Source: Macrostomum hystrix (Eukaryota > Animalia > Platyhelminthes). Taken from it: DNA of 64,000 nt. The stretch lies in contig CATNEN010000039.1 of assembly GCA_950097015.1 (NCBI GenBank), positions 18,042,001-18,106,000 of the forward strand. The letters run 5' to 3'. This document shows positions 35,501 to 47,000 of the stretch, one piece after another (within the stretch, counting starts at the first letter, position 1; each line of letters opens with the position of its first letter). Below the pieces are notes generated by a model that was given only the letters and a program-made list of their open reading frames with translations, was not told where the DNA came from and searched no databases. The position numbers were made by a program, and so were the translations under genes.

Positions 35501-35682
35501 TTTCTAGAACCTTCTGTAGCCAGAATATTCTAGAACCTTCTATAGTCCGTGTTTTCTAGAACTTTCGATTTAACATATCAGCTACCTATAAATATACGGA
35601 CACAAAGCTATCACAAAAAGGATAACTTCTCAATTTGGAATCTGCCAACAAATCCGTTGTTCCCTTCGTTCACTACATAACA
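32535..35682 (+). mobile_element. Ty3/Gypsy (Mag-like) LTR retrotransposon, internally deleted, identical LTRs
   Basis: 256-bp LTRs 32535-32790 and 35427-35682 (TGTTG...TAACA); 5-bp TSD TCCAG; PBS TGGCGACGAG; PPT GGAGAGGGGGAAGA. Confidence 0.97.
32804..35398 (+). CDS. Gag-protease-RT fused in frame to the integrase C-terminal part (RNase H and most of integrase deleted)
   Basis: Two Zn knuckles, protease MVDCGA, RT (FSKIDL, PFGL, ILDD), then an abrupt junction GMRPSE|SQTNGQTERLNRTL. Confidence 0.92.
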   Translation: MALNVSPPTPYLPASGPPAVPWNRWLDAFDIYCQAAQIWTDRPAEGEAPTEEATRLATRSRNMLLHLLGFEGQRIARARNAIVDGHTFWQTRDMLTTVFGDRPNVMLARHRFRERHQLPGEDAVTFVAALRELSATCNYGAMADEMIRDQLAQKTSSSRIRERLLTEDAARLTLDQAIVIATTIEEAAAGSKAMAAAGSSGNVQAVQEARPRGHHGAPSKKKPGQQAGGSCQRCGRSHDGKAQCPAHGKKCNNCGKLNHFSRCCRNKTMQVSAEETIYAVHGNNEVRADLQLGSIRKTVSLMVDCGAKVSLLNEATARGLGDIRLRTSSMRLRAYGGKLIALAGIATVPVKHHSRELQHDFYVTRSGENLIGRDLMEKLGFRVQLQPPAEIGAEIASVDIEREFPTVFSGSIGLCKGAVHKPRINAAVPPVQQPLRRLPLAKQQQVGEELDRLEAMGIIERVNSSPWISNLVVANKKDGNIRVCIDVREPNKSLVIDRHPMPQLDEISAKIKAAGGSVFSKIDLKAGYMQMKLHESSRDLTAFITHQGLYRYCRVPFGLASAPAAFQRMLDDLVSDLQGVEHILDDFIVFGATEAEHDSRLRALLKRLEDAGLTANKDKCQLRRTEIEFFGFIFSANGMRPSESQTNGQTERLNRTLMDSIRAARAANIPMQDALLQFLEAYRSTPHALTGKSPAELMLGRRWRTALSLLSPSKDNAVAHTEMAQRIQERQQRTAAYTDQRRRARPPALRAGDWVRVRRPIRRGKLGTRLSAPLRIVKTMGAACRLTDGSTWNQQALVPTSMRLSPETPVPDELDPLIDFQGQHTVPDDGGGDPLPAPDPAQGLATPPVRRSGRPRRPVQRYGF

Positions 35683-38005
35683 TCCAGCAGTTCCACGTCA
35701 GCACAGCTGCGGGTCGATTTCAGCTGCAGCTCCACGTCAGCACAACTGCGGCCATGCCGGACCGGGTTTGCTCTGAAATGAATAGGTGAACTCGGGGCGA
35801 ATCTTTGTCTAATCTTTCTGCTTTCAGTTGCTTGCCCTCTCTGTTGCTATTTTTAGCCCAGTTTTATCCTAGAGCTCTCTTGAATTCCCTTCAGATTTCT
35901 AAGTCTTATAAGTAGAGCATTTATTGCTCAAATAAAGTTATTAAAATGTTAATAAAACTAGTCTACATTTAGACTAGTGAATAGCGAATAGTGAAACATA
36001 GTCTCGAGATATAAAAAAATGCTTCGGTAAAATAACAGTATTTGCATCGCTCCCTTCCCAGGAACGAATTACGAAACCATAACGAAAAGTGCTGTGCACG
36101 TCAGTCTGCCTAAATACAGTAAACAACGTCACTGCAGGGTGAAAACGTGCACAAATTTTGTTTACGCACAAGACAAAGAACAGTCCCACAATTAAAAGGA
36201 GCGGCCCAGGATGTGCAGCCTCTGGCGAGCTGACCCACTGGCGGAGGGTATAAAACAACTGACCAAATGTACTGGCAAATCTTAATCAGGGTAATTTGGC
36301 TTCGATTGTATGCTGATATTTTCGTGGAGAAGGCGTAGGCCGTAGAGGCAAGAAAAAATGGCGAGAAAATCCAAGTGGATGTTTCGGTGCGGCGGAAAGT
36401 CTCGTCGCGGGAAAAGCTCGGCGTGAAAAGCACGGCGGGAAAATTATTGTCTGCGGGAATGTCTCGTGCTCCCTAGCGAGCGAATCCAGCCGCGGCGGTG
36501 GGCAATTTCCTGTCGTGCAAATTAAATACCCCGCCCTACTATTCCGTACAATTTAAAAAGTTACTTTACGGGTACTGCTTCATTCATACAGTAAGTAATA
36601 ATGTCAAATTTTATTGTAAACACTAACATATATTAATTATTTGTTTGTGTTGCGTCGATAATCGAATTTACAGTAATTATATGCATAACATCAGCCAGTA
36701 GAGGACTCTCCTAAAAAATCTAAAAACTGAGACAGGACTCTTAACTCAACTCAAATCAACAATTAAACTCAAACTCCGAGCGCTATATATATTTGTACAT
36801 GAGTCATGCAACCATATTTAATTGAGTAAGTGCAACTAAAAGCGTCTATTTAAGAGCGTCTCGAAATAATTTAATAAATATAAATAAAATAGTTTTAGAA
36901 AAAGTGAAACTAAAATAAAAAAACATTCCGGCTTTTAATATAAAAACCATAACGGTTGTCATGATGACCGCACGCAAAGAAATGGCGGTTTTTCAACTTG
37001 TTGATTCGATTGCCTTTTTATATGTTTTACGCTTTTAGCCAGTTTGTACTCAATCGAATTTAGTTCTCTTTTTTGCGAAGTGCAATATAGCAGTAACTGT
37101 TCTATGGTCTAGATTCTGATATTTTATTAATTTTCATTATTGCACTAATCGTTTGTAATGAGCCAAGAGCAATTAATGGTAGACATTCAAATAAAAGCAT
37201 TTTTATGTTATAATTGTTGCTCATATCGTTCTGCATTTACATAAGATGATTTAAATAACTATATTTTTTTATTTAATTGCAGCGGCTATAATTGCTAGTT
37301 TAAAAAGATAATTGCTCGAATTGTATAACCTGAAACTGATAAACTTCATACTTATTGACCATATTGATTCTGTGATTGGTAGCGACTATTTAGCTTGTTA
37401 TTAGAGGGTTATCATTGCTGCTCTATATTTGTTTCAGCTTGCCTATTTTTTTCAGCAGGCTTTTAAACATAAATGGTTAAAACAGTGAGAATACGAATAA
37501 AGAAAGAAAAGTTTTTATATTTCTGATACAAATATGATGACTCGGATGAATGTTATGTTACTGATATCATACTTTTGAAATTATTTGTATTTTATATGCA
37601 GCGGAAAATAAATTAAAAAATGATATAAAGGCTAGGTAATGAAAAAATTCTCAGCTTTGTTACTTTTGCCAAATCGTGATAGAAATTCTTCTTGTCTTAT
37701 TGTAATAACTAGTACCTAACTATTCAGTACCTCGTTAAGACATTTCTTGCAATATACTTTTGATTTTACAGTTTACTTAAACTACTGTTTCAGTAACTCA
37801 AATCCTATTAAATATAAATATTCATATAAATATTCATATCAATATTCATTCAATTATTTTACATTTTTCTTTCAGGTGAAAACATCAGTTAGTTCCTGAC
37901 TTTCATCAATTTGTTGCAACATACTATAAAAGACAAACTGGCACTAATAGCACATAGCTGCCAGCCACTCTAATGCATTGCTAGTGCGAGCTGCCGACTT
38001 GAACG

Positions 38006-41000
38006 ATGACAGAAATCGAAGCGGGGCCTGGCGAAAGTCGCAGCCTGTTGCGCAAGCGCTACGAGGCCGATTTCACCTTCCAGCCAAAGATCAGCAGCAA
38101 CAGCCAGAAACTCACCGAGAATCTGGCTACCGACTTTCTCACCAGACAACAGCACCATATTGAGAAGCAGAAGAAGCATGTTAGTCTTCCAAAATAATGA
38201 AACGGAATATGATATAATAAAATTTAAAAGAGTGGAATAGAATAGAATGGAATAGAATCGAATAGAATAGAATCAAATCGAATAGAATCGAATAGAATGG
38301 AATAGAATGGAATAGATTGGAATAGAATGGAATAGAATGGAATAGAATGGAATAGAATAGAATCGAATCGAATAGAATGGAATAGAATGGAATAGATTGG
38401 AATAGAATGGAATAGAATGGAATAGATTGGAATAGAATGGAATCGAATCGAATCGAATCGAATAGAATGGAATAGAATGAAATAGATTGGAATAGAATGG
38501 AATATAATGGAATAGATTGGAATAGAATGGAATAGAATCGAATCGAATCGAATAGAATGGAATAGAATGGAATAGAATGGAATAGAATAGAATCGAATCG
38601 AATAGAATGGAATAGAATGGAATAGAATGGAATAGATTGGAATAGAATGGAATAGAATGGAATAGAATGGAATAGAATCGAATCGAATCGAATAGAATGG
38701 AATAGAATGGAATAGAATGGAATAGAATGGAATAGAATGGAATAGATTGGAATAGAATGGAATAGAATCGAATCGAATCGAATAGAATGGAATAGAATGG
38801 AATAGAATGGAATAGATTGGAATAGAATGGAATAGAATAGAATCGAATCGAATAGAATGGAATATACGCCCTTGAGGGCCAACATTAGAGGCACAGTAAA
38901 AGGGTACAATGCGTGGCGATGAGAAATATAGGACAGATGTACACACCTGTGTGAGCGTGTGCCTCGAGACCCCATGGTTAGGAGTCCAAATCGGTGGGCT
39001 ACGACTGGCCACCGTCAGTAACACTACTCAAGCTATACCCTTGTCTTTTTAATTCAGTTTCTAACCTTTCTTTTAATGTAAAAAAATTGACAGAAAAAAC
39101 CTAAAGACAAGGCAGGAAAAAGCGTGAGAATCTTATTTATTAAGCCTATTAATTTTCCTCCTTTTCTAGCTAGGAGATTTACTATTCTTTGATGCTTTGC
39201 TGTTGACTGGATTATTTTTTTTCGTTTTTTCTAATTATTTAAAATAGTCTGGACTCATATGCTTTTTTGAAGTTTATTTTCTTTTAATGGAACTTTGACA
39301 ACCTATTTTTCAACCAGTACGAGCAGGCACTTCAATCCACCGAGCCACTGCTGGATCGTCCTAGAAGAATTCGCCTAAGCTACGGTGGCAGCCCCCAGAC
39401 TCAGCAGCAGCAGCAACAGCAGCAGCAGCAGGCCAACTCGGACAGCTCCGATGATCAGCAATCGTCAACTGGTGGAGGCAAAAATAAGAAGTCGCGAAAG
39501 CAGCAAGCCTCGTTTCTAGACACTCAACAGCCCGGCGACATTCCGAGACCGTCGGCGGATGATGCAATCGACAGCAAGAAGAAGCGCAGCCGATCTTTGC
39601 CACCGAAGGCTAACAAAAAGTCTCAGCAGGTGCGTCATTCGCTGACTGCATAAAGGCATAAGGCTTCCGATTAAGATGGGATTGCCATTTTATTTAAACT
39701 GTAGCCTGCTTGTAACATAGAGTAAGGCTGTAGCCTAGAGTGGGGTTGTAGCCTAGAGTGGGGTTGTAGCCTAGAGTGGGGTTGTAGCCTAGAGTGGGGT
39801 TGTAGCCTAGAGTGGAGTTGTAGCCTAGAGTGGGGTTGTAGCCTAGAGTGGGGTTGTAGCCTAGAGTGGGGTTGTAGCTTAGAGGGTGTGTTGCAGCCTA
39901 GAGTGGGGTTTAGCCTCGTGAGGGGTTATAGATTATGGTGGGGTTGTAGCCTAGAGTGGGGTTGTAGCCTAGAGTGGGTTTGTAGCCTAGAGTGGGGTTG
40001 TAGACTCGAGAGTGGGGTTGTAGCCTAGAGTGGGGTTGTAGCCTAGAGTGGGGTTGTAGCCTAGAGTGGGGTTGTAGCCTAGAGTGGGGTTGTAGCCTAG
40101 AGTGGGGTTGTAGCCTAGAGTGGGGTTGTAGCCTAGAGTGGGGTTGTAGCCTAGAGTGGGGTTGTAGCCTAGAGTGGGGTTGTAGCCTAGAGTGGGGTTG
40201 TAGCCTAGAGTGGGGTTGTAGCCTAGAGTGCGGTTCTGAGGCCGAGCGAGTGGTTGTAGCCTACTGTTTAGATTGTCGGCTTCAAGACTTAAAGGTCAGG
40301 GGTTCGAGTCCTTACTCCACTGAAACAATTTGTGTTTTTTAGCAAGACACTGAACTTTGTTTACTTCAGTTCACATAGCTGTTAAATGGGTACCAGCTCT
40401 ATCTGGGGTTATTGATGGTTGATGTTGCGTCATTTTGTCCACGTACTGAACAGCCGTACGCAGCCTTCAGATGCGCCGCGCAATAGCTGCGGCTGTGCTG
40501 ACGCTGCACATCTGGCCCTGTTAGGCAGATGTTATCAATTATTATTATCAATGGTTTTAACAAAAGTTAAATTAAAAGCTATACACTGCATTACTACTGA
40601 GCAACCTATTAATCCAACACTTATCATTCCTGTCCTGCAAATATTGCTGCACTTGAATGCTGCAACTAAGTCATAAAAACTTTGTCTGACACAGATCGAG
40701 AGCTAAAACTGAGCAATGCGTCGGAGGATTACCATGAATAATAGATTAAGGTCCCGATGTGAGTTATAATCTCCCATTAATCTGCCTGTACTGGGAAACA
40801 CTGCGGCTGTGCTTGAGGTGTGAAGGCCGCCTGTGTCACCTGCGCAACAAGCATACAATGTCCCAAAATACTACTTAAGCAAAATGCTACGTCAGAGGAA
40901 AATATTCCTTCATACTACTATTGGCTTGAGCAGATCGGAGGAGTGAATTTCGATATTAGTTATAATTAAACCAAAACTGGACAACATGTACAGCGATTTC

Positions 41001-44000
41001 CGAATCCTAGATTTCCGAGTCCTAGATTTCCGAATCCTAGATTTCCGAATCGTAGATTTCCGAATCCTAGATTTCCGAATCCTAGATTTCCAAATCCTAG
41101 ATTTCCGAATCCTAGATTTCCGAATCGTAGATTTCCGAATCCTAGATTTCCGAATCCTAGATTTCAGAATCCTAGATTTCCGAATCCTAGATTTCCGAAC
41201 CGTAGATTTCTGAATCCTAGATTTCCGAATCCTAGATTTCCGAATCCTAGATTTCCGAATCCTAGATTTCCGAATCCTAGATTTCCGAATCCTAGATTTC
41301 CGAATCCTAGATTTCCGAATCGTAGATTTCCGAATCCTAGATTTCCGAATCGTAGATTTCCGAATCGTAGATTTCTGAATCCTGGATTTCCGAATCGTAG
41401 ATTTCCGAATCGTAGATTTCCGAATCCTAGATTTCCGAATCCTAGATTTCCAAATCCTAGATTTCCGAATCATTTATTTCTGCATTAAAAACGACTTTGT
41501 CGCTAAATCTCGGGCCTGCAGGATTCCGTCGCCGCAGCCGCTGGTGACGCCGACGCCGAAAGCGACAGCGGACCAGTCGGCGGCGGTGGCGGCGGTTCGT
41601 CAACTCGCCGACGCCGCAGCGCAGGCGCCGTCAACGATCAACGCCTGCGCAAGGCCAAGGAGCTCGCCGATCAGGCGATGCGCGATCGCCGAATCTTCAC
41701 CATCCTGGGCCCGTATCCGCGGGTGCGTGACGCGCTGCGGGCCCGCGGCTGGGTGGAGAAATTCTACGTCAAGGAGGAGGACAAGCAGCAGCAGCAGACT
41801 GTCCGGCGAAGCTTGCCAGGCGGCAAACGCTCCGGCGTCGACGACACTGCGGCTACCGGAGACGACGATGACGACGGAGATGGCGACGGTGACGCCGACG
41901 ATATGGGCGACAATGATGACGGAAAAGTGCCGCCCTGGGAGGAGGAGGGCGGCTTCTACGGTCTGATGGTGAGTCTCTGATTTTTTGGGGATTATTAAGA
42001 GATCAGAGTTCGAATCCTAGACAAAGGGAAATTATTTCTAATTTAGCATTCACTTTAGAGGTTGTGGGGGTTGTTACCGATTGAAGTTGGGTGTGGCGGC
42101 CCCCCAGTCCAGTCCATGGACTGAACAGCGGTACGCAGCCTTCAGATGCGCCGCGCAATAGCTGCTGTCGTCTGCACATCTGGCTCAATTGGGGAAGGTG
42201 TTATTAAATATTATTGTTATTGTTATTAATTATTAAATTTAGGGAATATAATCTGTATTGAATTCTTAAAATAAACAGAGTTTTCGCAGTAAAAACAGGT
42301 GTTTACGGCCCTGAACAAATCTTAAATGACCGAGAATCAGATATATTATAATAAACAAGAGATAAGGATGGGCCAGAAGGCAATATATGACAGATGAACT
42401 GCTAGCCAATCAGAGACGAAGGAAAGGAAAGAGAAGTAAAGTTTAGATAAGAAGTTGAACCAATTAAGAGAGAGAGAATGTACAATAAGATCGCCCGAGA
42501 TTCAACGACCACAAAGACATGGGGGAAGAAATGACAAAACCGAAAGCATTTTTAAAAACAATTTTTTGCCCTGTCTTCTTGTCTCGGCGATAGTCTCGTC
42601 TGGTGCGCAATTGCCAGCCGACGCTAATCTGGTCGTTGCGCAAGGACCAGGTAGATTTCAAATTTCTCCGGCGAGACCAGCTGGTAAATCACTTCGGCAA
42701 AGCCGGCTGTTTCACCACCAAAATCGGGCTCTGCCGATCGCTGCGCGAGTTGCCCTGGTTCGACTGCGAGAATGCCGACATTTTTTATCCACGCTGCTAT
42801 GTGCTCAGCTCTGAAGAGGAGAAAGAAGCTTTTAAAGGTAATTGAGACCGTGATCCTTATTAAAGGACACGTGTAAGTTCAGTTTCTAAGAAATAAGTTT
42901 AAAAATGTACGTATTTTCCAAAAAACATTTACTTTACACAATTAATATGTTGGGAAAAATAATAGAAATAGTATTTCGAAAACTATGAAGTTTTTTCTAA
43001 CATCTTATTTCGTTTTATTTTAGTTTGTGTCTTCTTCCAGAGGTTTCTTAAATTTTTTTAGAAATTGGTTGATTTCTCACTTTTATCCTGAATAATCCTG
43101 TATAATAACCTTAAATTAAGAAATTTAAGGTTAATTATTAAATTAAGAAAAAATATGTCTCATATCTAGTTTAAAAATAATTATCGCACAGACGACTACC
43201 GAATCACGGCCTGCATGTCGCTGCTCAGAATTGTCAGCGAAGACGCCAGCGATGAGCTGGCTTCGGCAACCGATGATGGGCCGGAGGAGGAATTGTCAGC
43301 CACCGCGCCGGCTTCGCTGGAGACCGCGAGATCGACAGTTTCTGGAGCTGGCGGACCGACCTCACCCAAGAAGACACCGGCGGAGGGCTCGCCAGCCAAG
43401 GGACACCACAAGGACGCCAAGAAAAGTTTGTTGCTTTTTAAGAAATCATTGCTTTCAGGAATCCTTGATTATTGAAATAGTTTATTTTTTAGACATCGTT
43501 GATTTACGAAGTCGTTAACTTAAATTTTTTTCGAATTTTAGTTTTGAATGAAAATCGTATATTTTTTACGTTGATTTAATAAGTCGATGATTTTAAAATT
43601 GTTTATTTTATAAATCGTTTTATAATATATCGTTTATTTTTTTAATCGTAAATTTATAATTCGATAATTAAAAAAAATAGTTGATTTTATAAAGCGTTGA
43701 TTTTATAAATCGTTGATTTTATAAATCGTTGATTTTATAAATCGTTGATTTTATAAATAGTTGATTTTTTAAATCGTTGATTTTATAAATCGTTGATTTT
43801 ATAAATCGTTGATTTTCGGAGTCGTTGATCTCAGGCTACCTCGGTCTATTATTTAGTCTCATTTATTCTTAATCTACAGTTGCTCCAAAGATTCAATTCA
43901 AAAGTCCTCGCCCGGCAAACAATGAGATGGTGGCCAAGTCGGTGCTGGAGACTGCCATCGCCCAGTGCGAGCGACTCATTCAGGACAGAAATCATGACAA

Positions 44001-47000
44001 CCTGGACGACTGGGACCCGGTGAGTGACATTTAGATAATGAATTTCGGATATTTAGCATTGCGTAATAGTTCACAATATTTTATTTTCACTTGTTTGTTT
44101 AAAATTTTTTGCAGGCAAGCTGTTTGTCTGAGTCGGACTGGTACACTTTTCTGCAGGCATTCTACAGGGTGGCGCAGTGAGTGAACTCCTGATTAAATAG
44201 AGAAAGAGACAGGGAAGTAGGCAGTAAAAAGTAGGCAGGGAGAAGTAGATTGCTAGAAGTAGATAGTTAGGGTTAGAAGTAGACAGAAAGAATTAGACCA
44301 CGAGAAGAAGACAGCTAGAAGTAGACAACAGGGAGAAGTAGACAACAGGGAGAAGTAGACAACAGGGAGAAGTAGACAACAGGGAGAAGTAGACAACAGG
44401 GAGAAGTAGACAACAGGGAGAAGTAGACAACAGGGAGAAGTAGACAACAGGGAGAAGTAGACAACAGGGAGAAGTAGACAACAGGGAGAAGTAGACAACA
44501 GGGAGAAGTAGACAACAGGGAGAAGTAGACAACAGGGAGAAGTAGACAACAGGGAGAAGTAGACAACAGGGAGAAGTAGACAACAGGGAGAAGTAGACAA
44601 CAGGGAGAAGTAGACAACAGGGAGAAGTAGACAACAGGGAGAAGTAGACAACAGGGAGAAGTAGACAACAGGGAGAAGTAGACAACAGGGAGAAGTAGAC
44701 AACAGGGAGAAGTAGACAACAGGGAGAAGTAGACAACAGGGAGAAGTAGACAACAGGGAGAAGTAGACAACAGGGAGAAGTAGACAACAGGGAGAAGTAG
44801 ACAACAGGGAGAAGTAGACAACAGGGAGAAGTAGACAACAGGGAGAAGTAGACAACAGGGAGAAGTAGACAACAGGGAGAAGTAGACAACAGGGAGAAGT
44901 AGACAACAGGGAGAAGTAGACAACAGGGAGAAGTAGACAACAGGGAGAAGTAGACAACAGGGAGAAGTAGACAACAGGGAGAAGTAGACAACAGGGAGAA
45001 GTAGACAACAGGGAGAAGTAGACAACAGGGAGAAGTAGACAACAGGGAGAAGTAGACAACAGGGAGAAGTAGACAACAGGGAGAAGTAGACAACAGGGAG
45101 AAGTAGACAACAGGGAGAAGTAGACAACAGGGAGAAGTAGACAACAGGGAGAAGTAGACAACAGGGAGAAGTATACAACAGGGAGAAGTAGACAACAGGG
45201 AGAAGTAGACAACAGGGAGAAGTAGACAACAGGGAGAAGTAGACAACAGGGAGAAGTAGACAACAGGGAGAAGTAGACAACAGGGAGAAGTAGACAACAG
45301 GGAGAAGTAGACAACAGGGAGAAGTAGACAACAGGGAGAAGTAGACAACAGGGAGAAGTAGACAACAGGGAGAAGTAGACAACAGGGAGAAGTAGACAAC
45401 AGGGAGAAGTAGACAACAGGGAGAAGTAGACAACAGGGAGACATGCAGTACACATGTCAACCCGGGTCCCAATCCAACCGCACCTTCAGTTACGGCGCCC
45501 GCATTCGGGATTCGGACTCGCTAAAGTCGCGCTGTCGCGAGCTGTGCGCCGCCCTCCGCTCCGAATATCCCCAATTCGACATCGACGGCTATCGCAACGC
45601 GTGGATTGTGAAGCCGGGCGCCAAGTCGCGTGGCCGCGGCATCTTCTGCGTTCGGACGCTGGAATCGGTGATGGAGCTGGTTAGGCAGCCGTCTGCTGTC
45701 GGCGTCAGTGCCAACAAGCTGGTTGTGCAAAAGTACATCGAACGACCGCTATTAGTGCATCGAACTAAATTTGACATTCGTCAGTGGTTTGTGGTGACGG
45801 ACTTCAATCCGCTGACAATTTGGTGGTACAAGGACTGCTATGTGAGATTCTGCTCGCAACACTTCACACTGAACGATTTCAACGAGTGAGTTGCGAGACA
45901 AACTTGAAATTGTAATTTTTTAAATCTTTTTTTTTTCAGAAAAAGCTCGTTAGCTTGTTAGCTGGGGAGAGAAGGCTTGGGAGCTTGTCTTAATTTACCC
46001 TAAAATGGTAAATTATAGTATATACATTTTATTATCCTGAGAAGCGTTTTGTCTTCTAGGAAAGTTATTTCATAAAACTTGTGAAAACAACAAATTTAAT
46101 TATTAGAAGTCCTTTTTCTTGAAATCAATTGGTTGGTTTCTAAGAAAGTAGTTGATTTCTTAGAAAGTAGATGATTTCTTAGAAAGTAGATGAATTCTTA
46201 GAAAGTATATGATTTCTAGAAAGTATATGATTTCTTAGAAAATAGTTGCTTACTCAGAAAGTAGTTGATTTCTTAGAAAGGGGTTTGTTGTGTAATGATC
46301 GATGCTGGCTAGCCGATGTGCAGTCTTTCTCTTTCTCTCTCAGTGCACCTGCCCCCCAGTCCCCCATTGACGCGTACAATGTACATTGCTCACTGCACTT
46401 GACTAAACAATAATATATATATCGGCTCTCTGCCCATCGCTGGCTTTAAGCGTTTCGTAGCTCGCACACACTCGCCTTGACTTCTAACATAACATGGCGT
46501 CGCAAGTCTAAACTTTCTAGCAAGCCAGCATGGATGGATTGAGGCCGCCAGAGCCCATGATTTTTGACACCAATAGGGCAGACAACTGGAGGCGATGGAT
46601 CAGTGCATTTGATTTCTACATGAAAGCTACGAAGAGGACTGAAGAAAGTGAAGAAGTGAAGATCGCTGTTCTCCTGACCGCGCTTGGATCCGATGGACAG
46701 GACGTATTCTCCACGTTTCCTGCAGACCAAGTAGCAACGTACGCAGCTGTAAAGAGTGCGTTCCAAGAGTACTGCGAGCCTCTGTCGAATGAGACCTTTG
46801 AGCGCTACCAGCTTCGAACAAGAGTGCAAGGAGAAGCTGAGGACTTCGACCAATTCGTCGGCTCACTTCGCCAGCTCATCAAGCGATGCAACTACAGCGA
46901 GCCAGCGAACAAGGAGACCATCGAGAACAGCGTCATTCGAGATCAGATCGTCATCGGTGCGAACGACCCAGCTCTGAGGGAGAGGCTTCTCCGCGAGACA

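Noticed and set aside
38234-38863. Human satellite II/III-like (GGAAT)n as contamination or a centromere
   Set aside because: It is a short intronic array between in-phase exons; simple-repeat convergence explains it.
40250-40325. Functional tRNA genes at the SINE heads (also 63130-63205 and 56530-56595)
   Set aside because: A/B boxes are present but there is no convincing acceptor stem, and the sequences continue into shared SINE bodies.
44253-45472. Three ~390-aa minus-strand ORFs ([17 protein letters not shown])n
   Set aside because: Artefact of a stop-free 17-bp minisatellite inside a TTLL intron.
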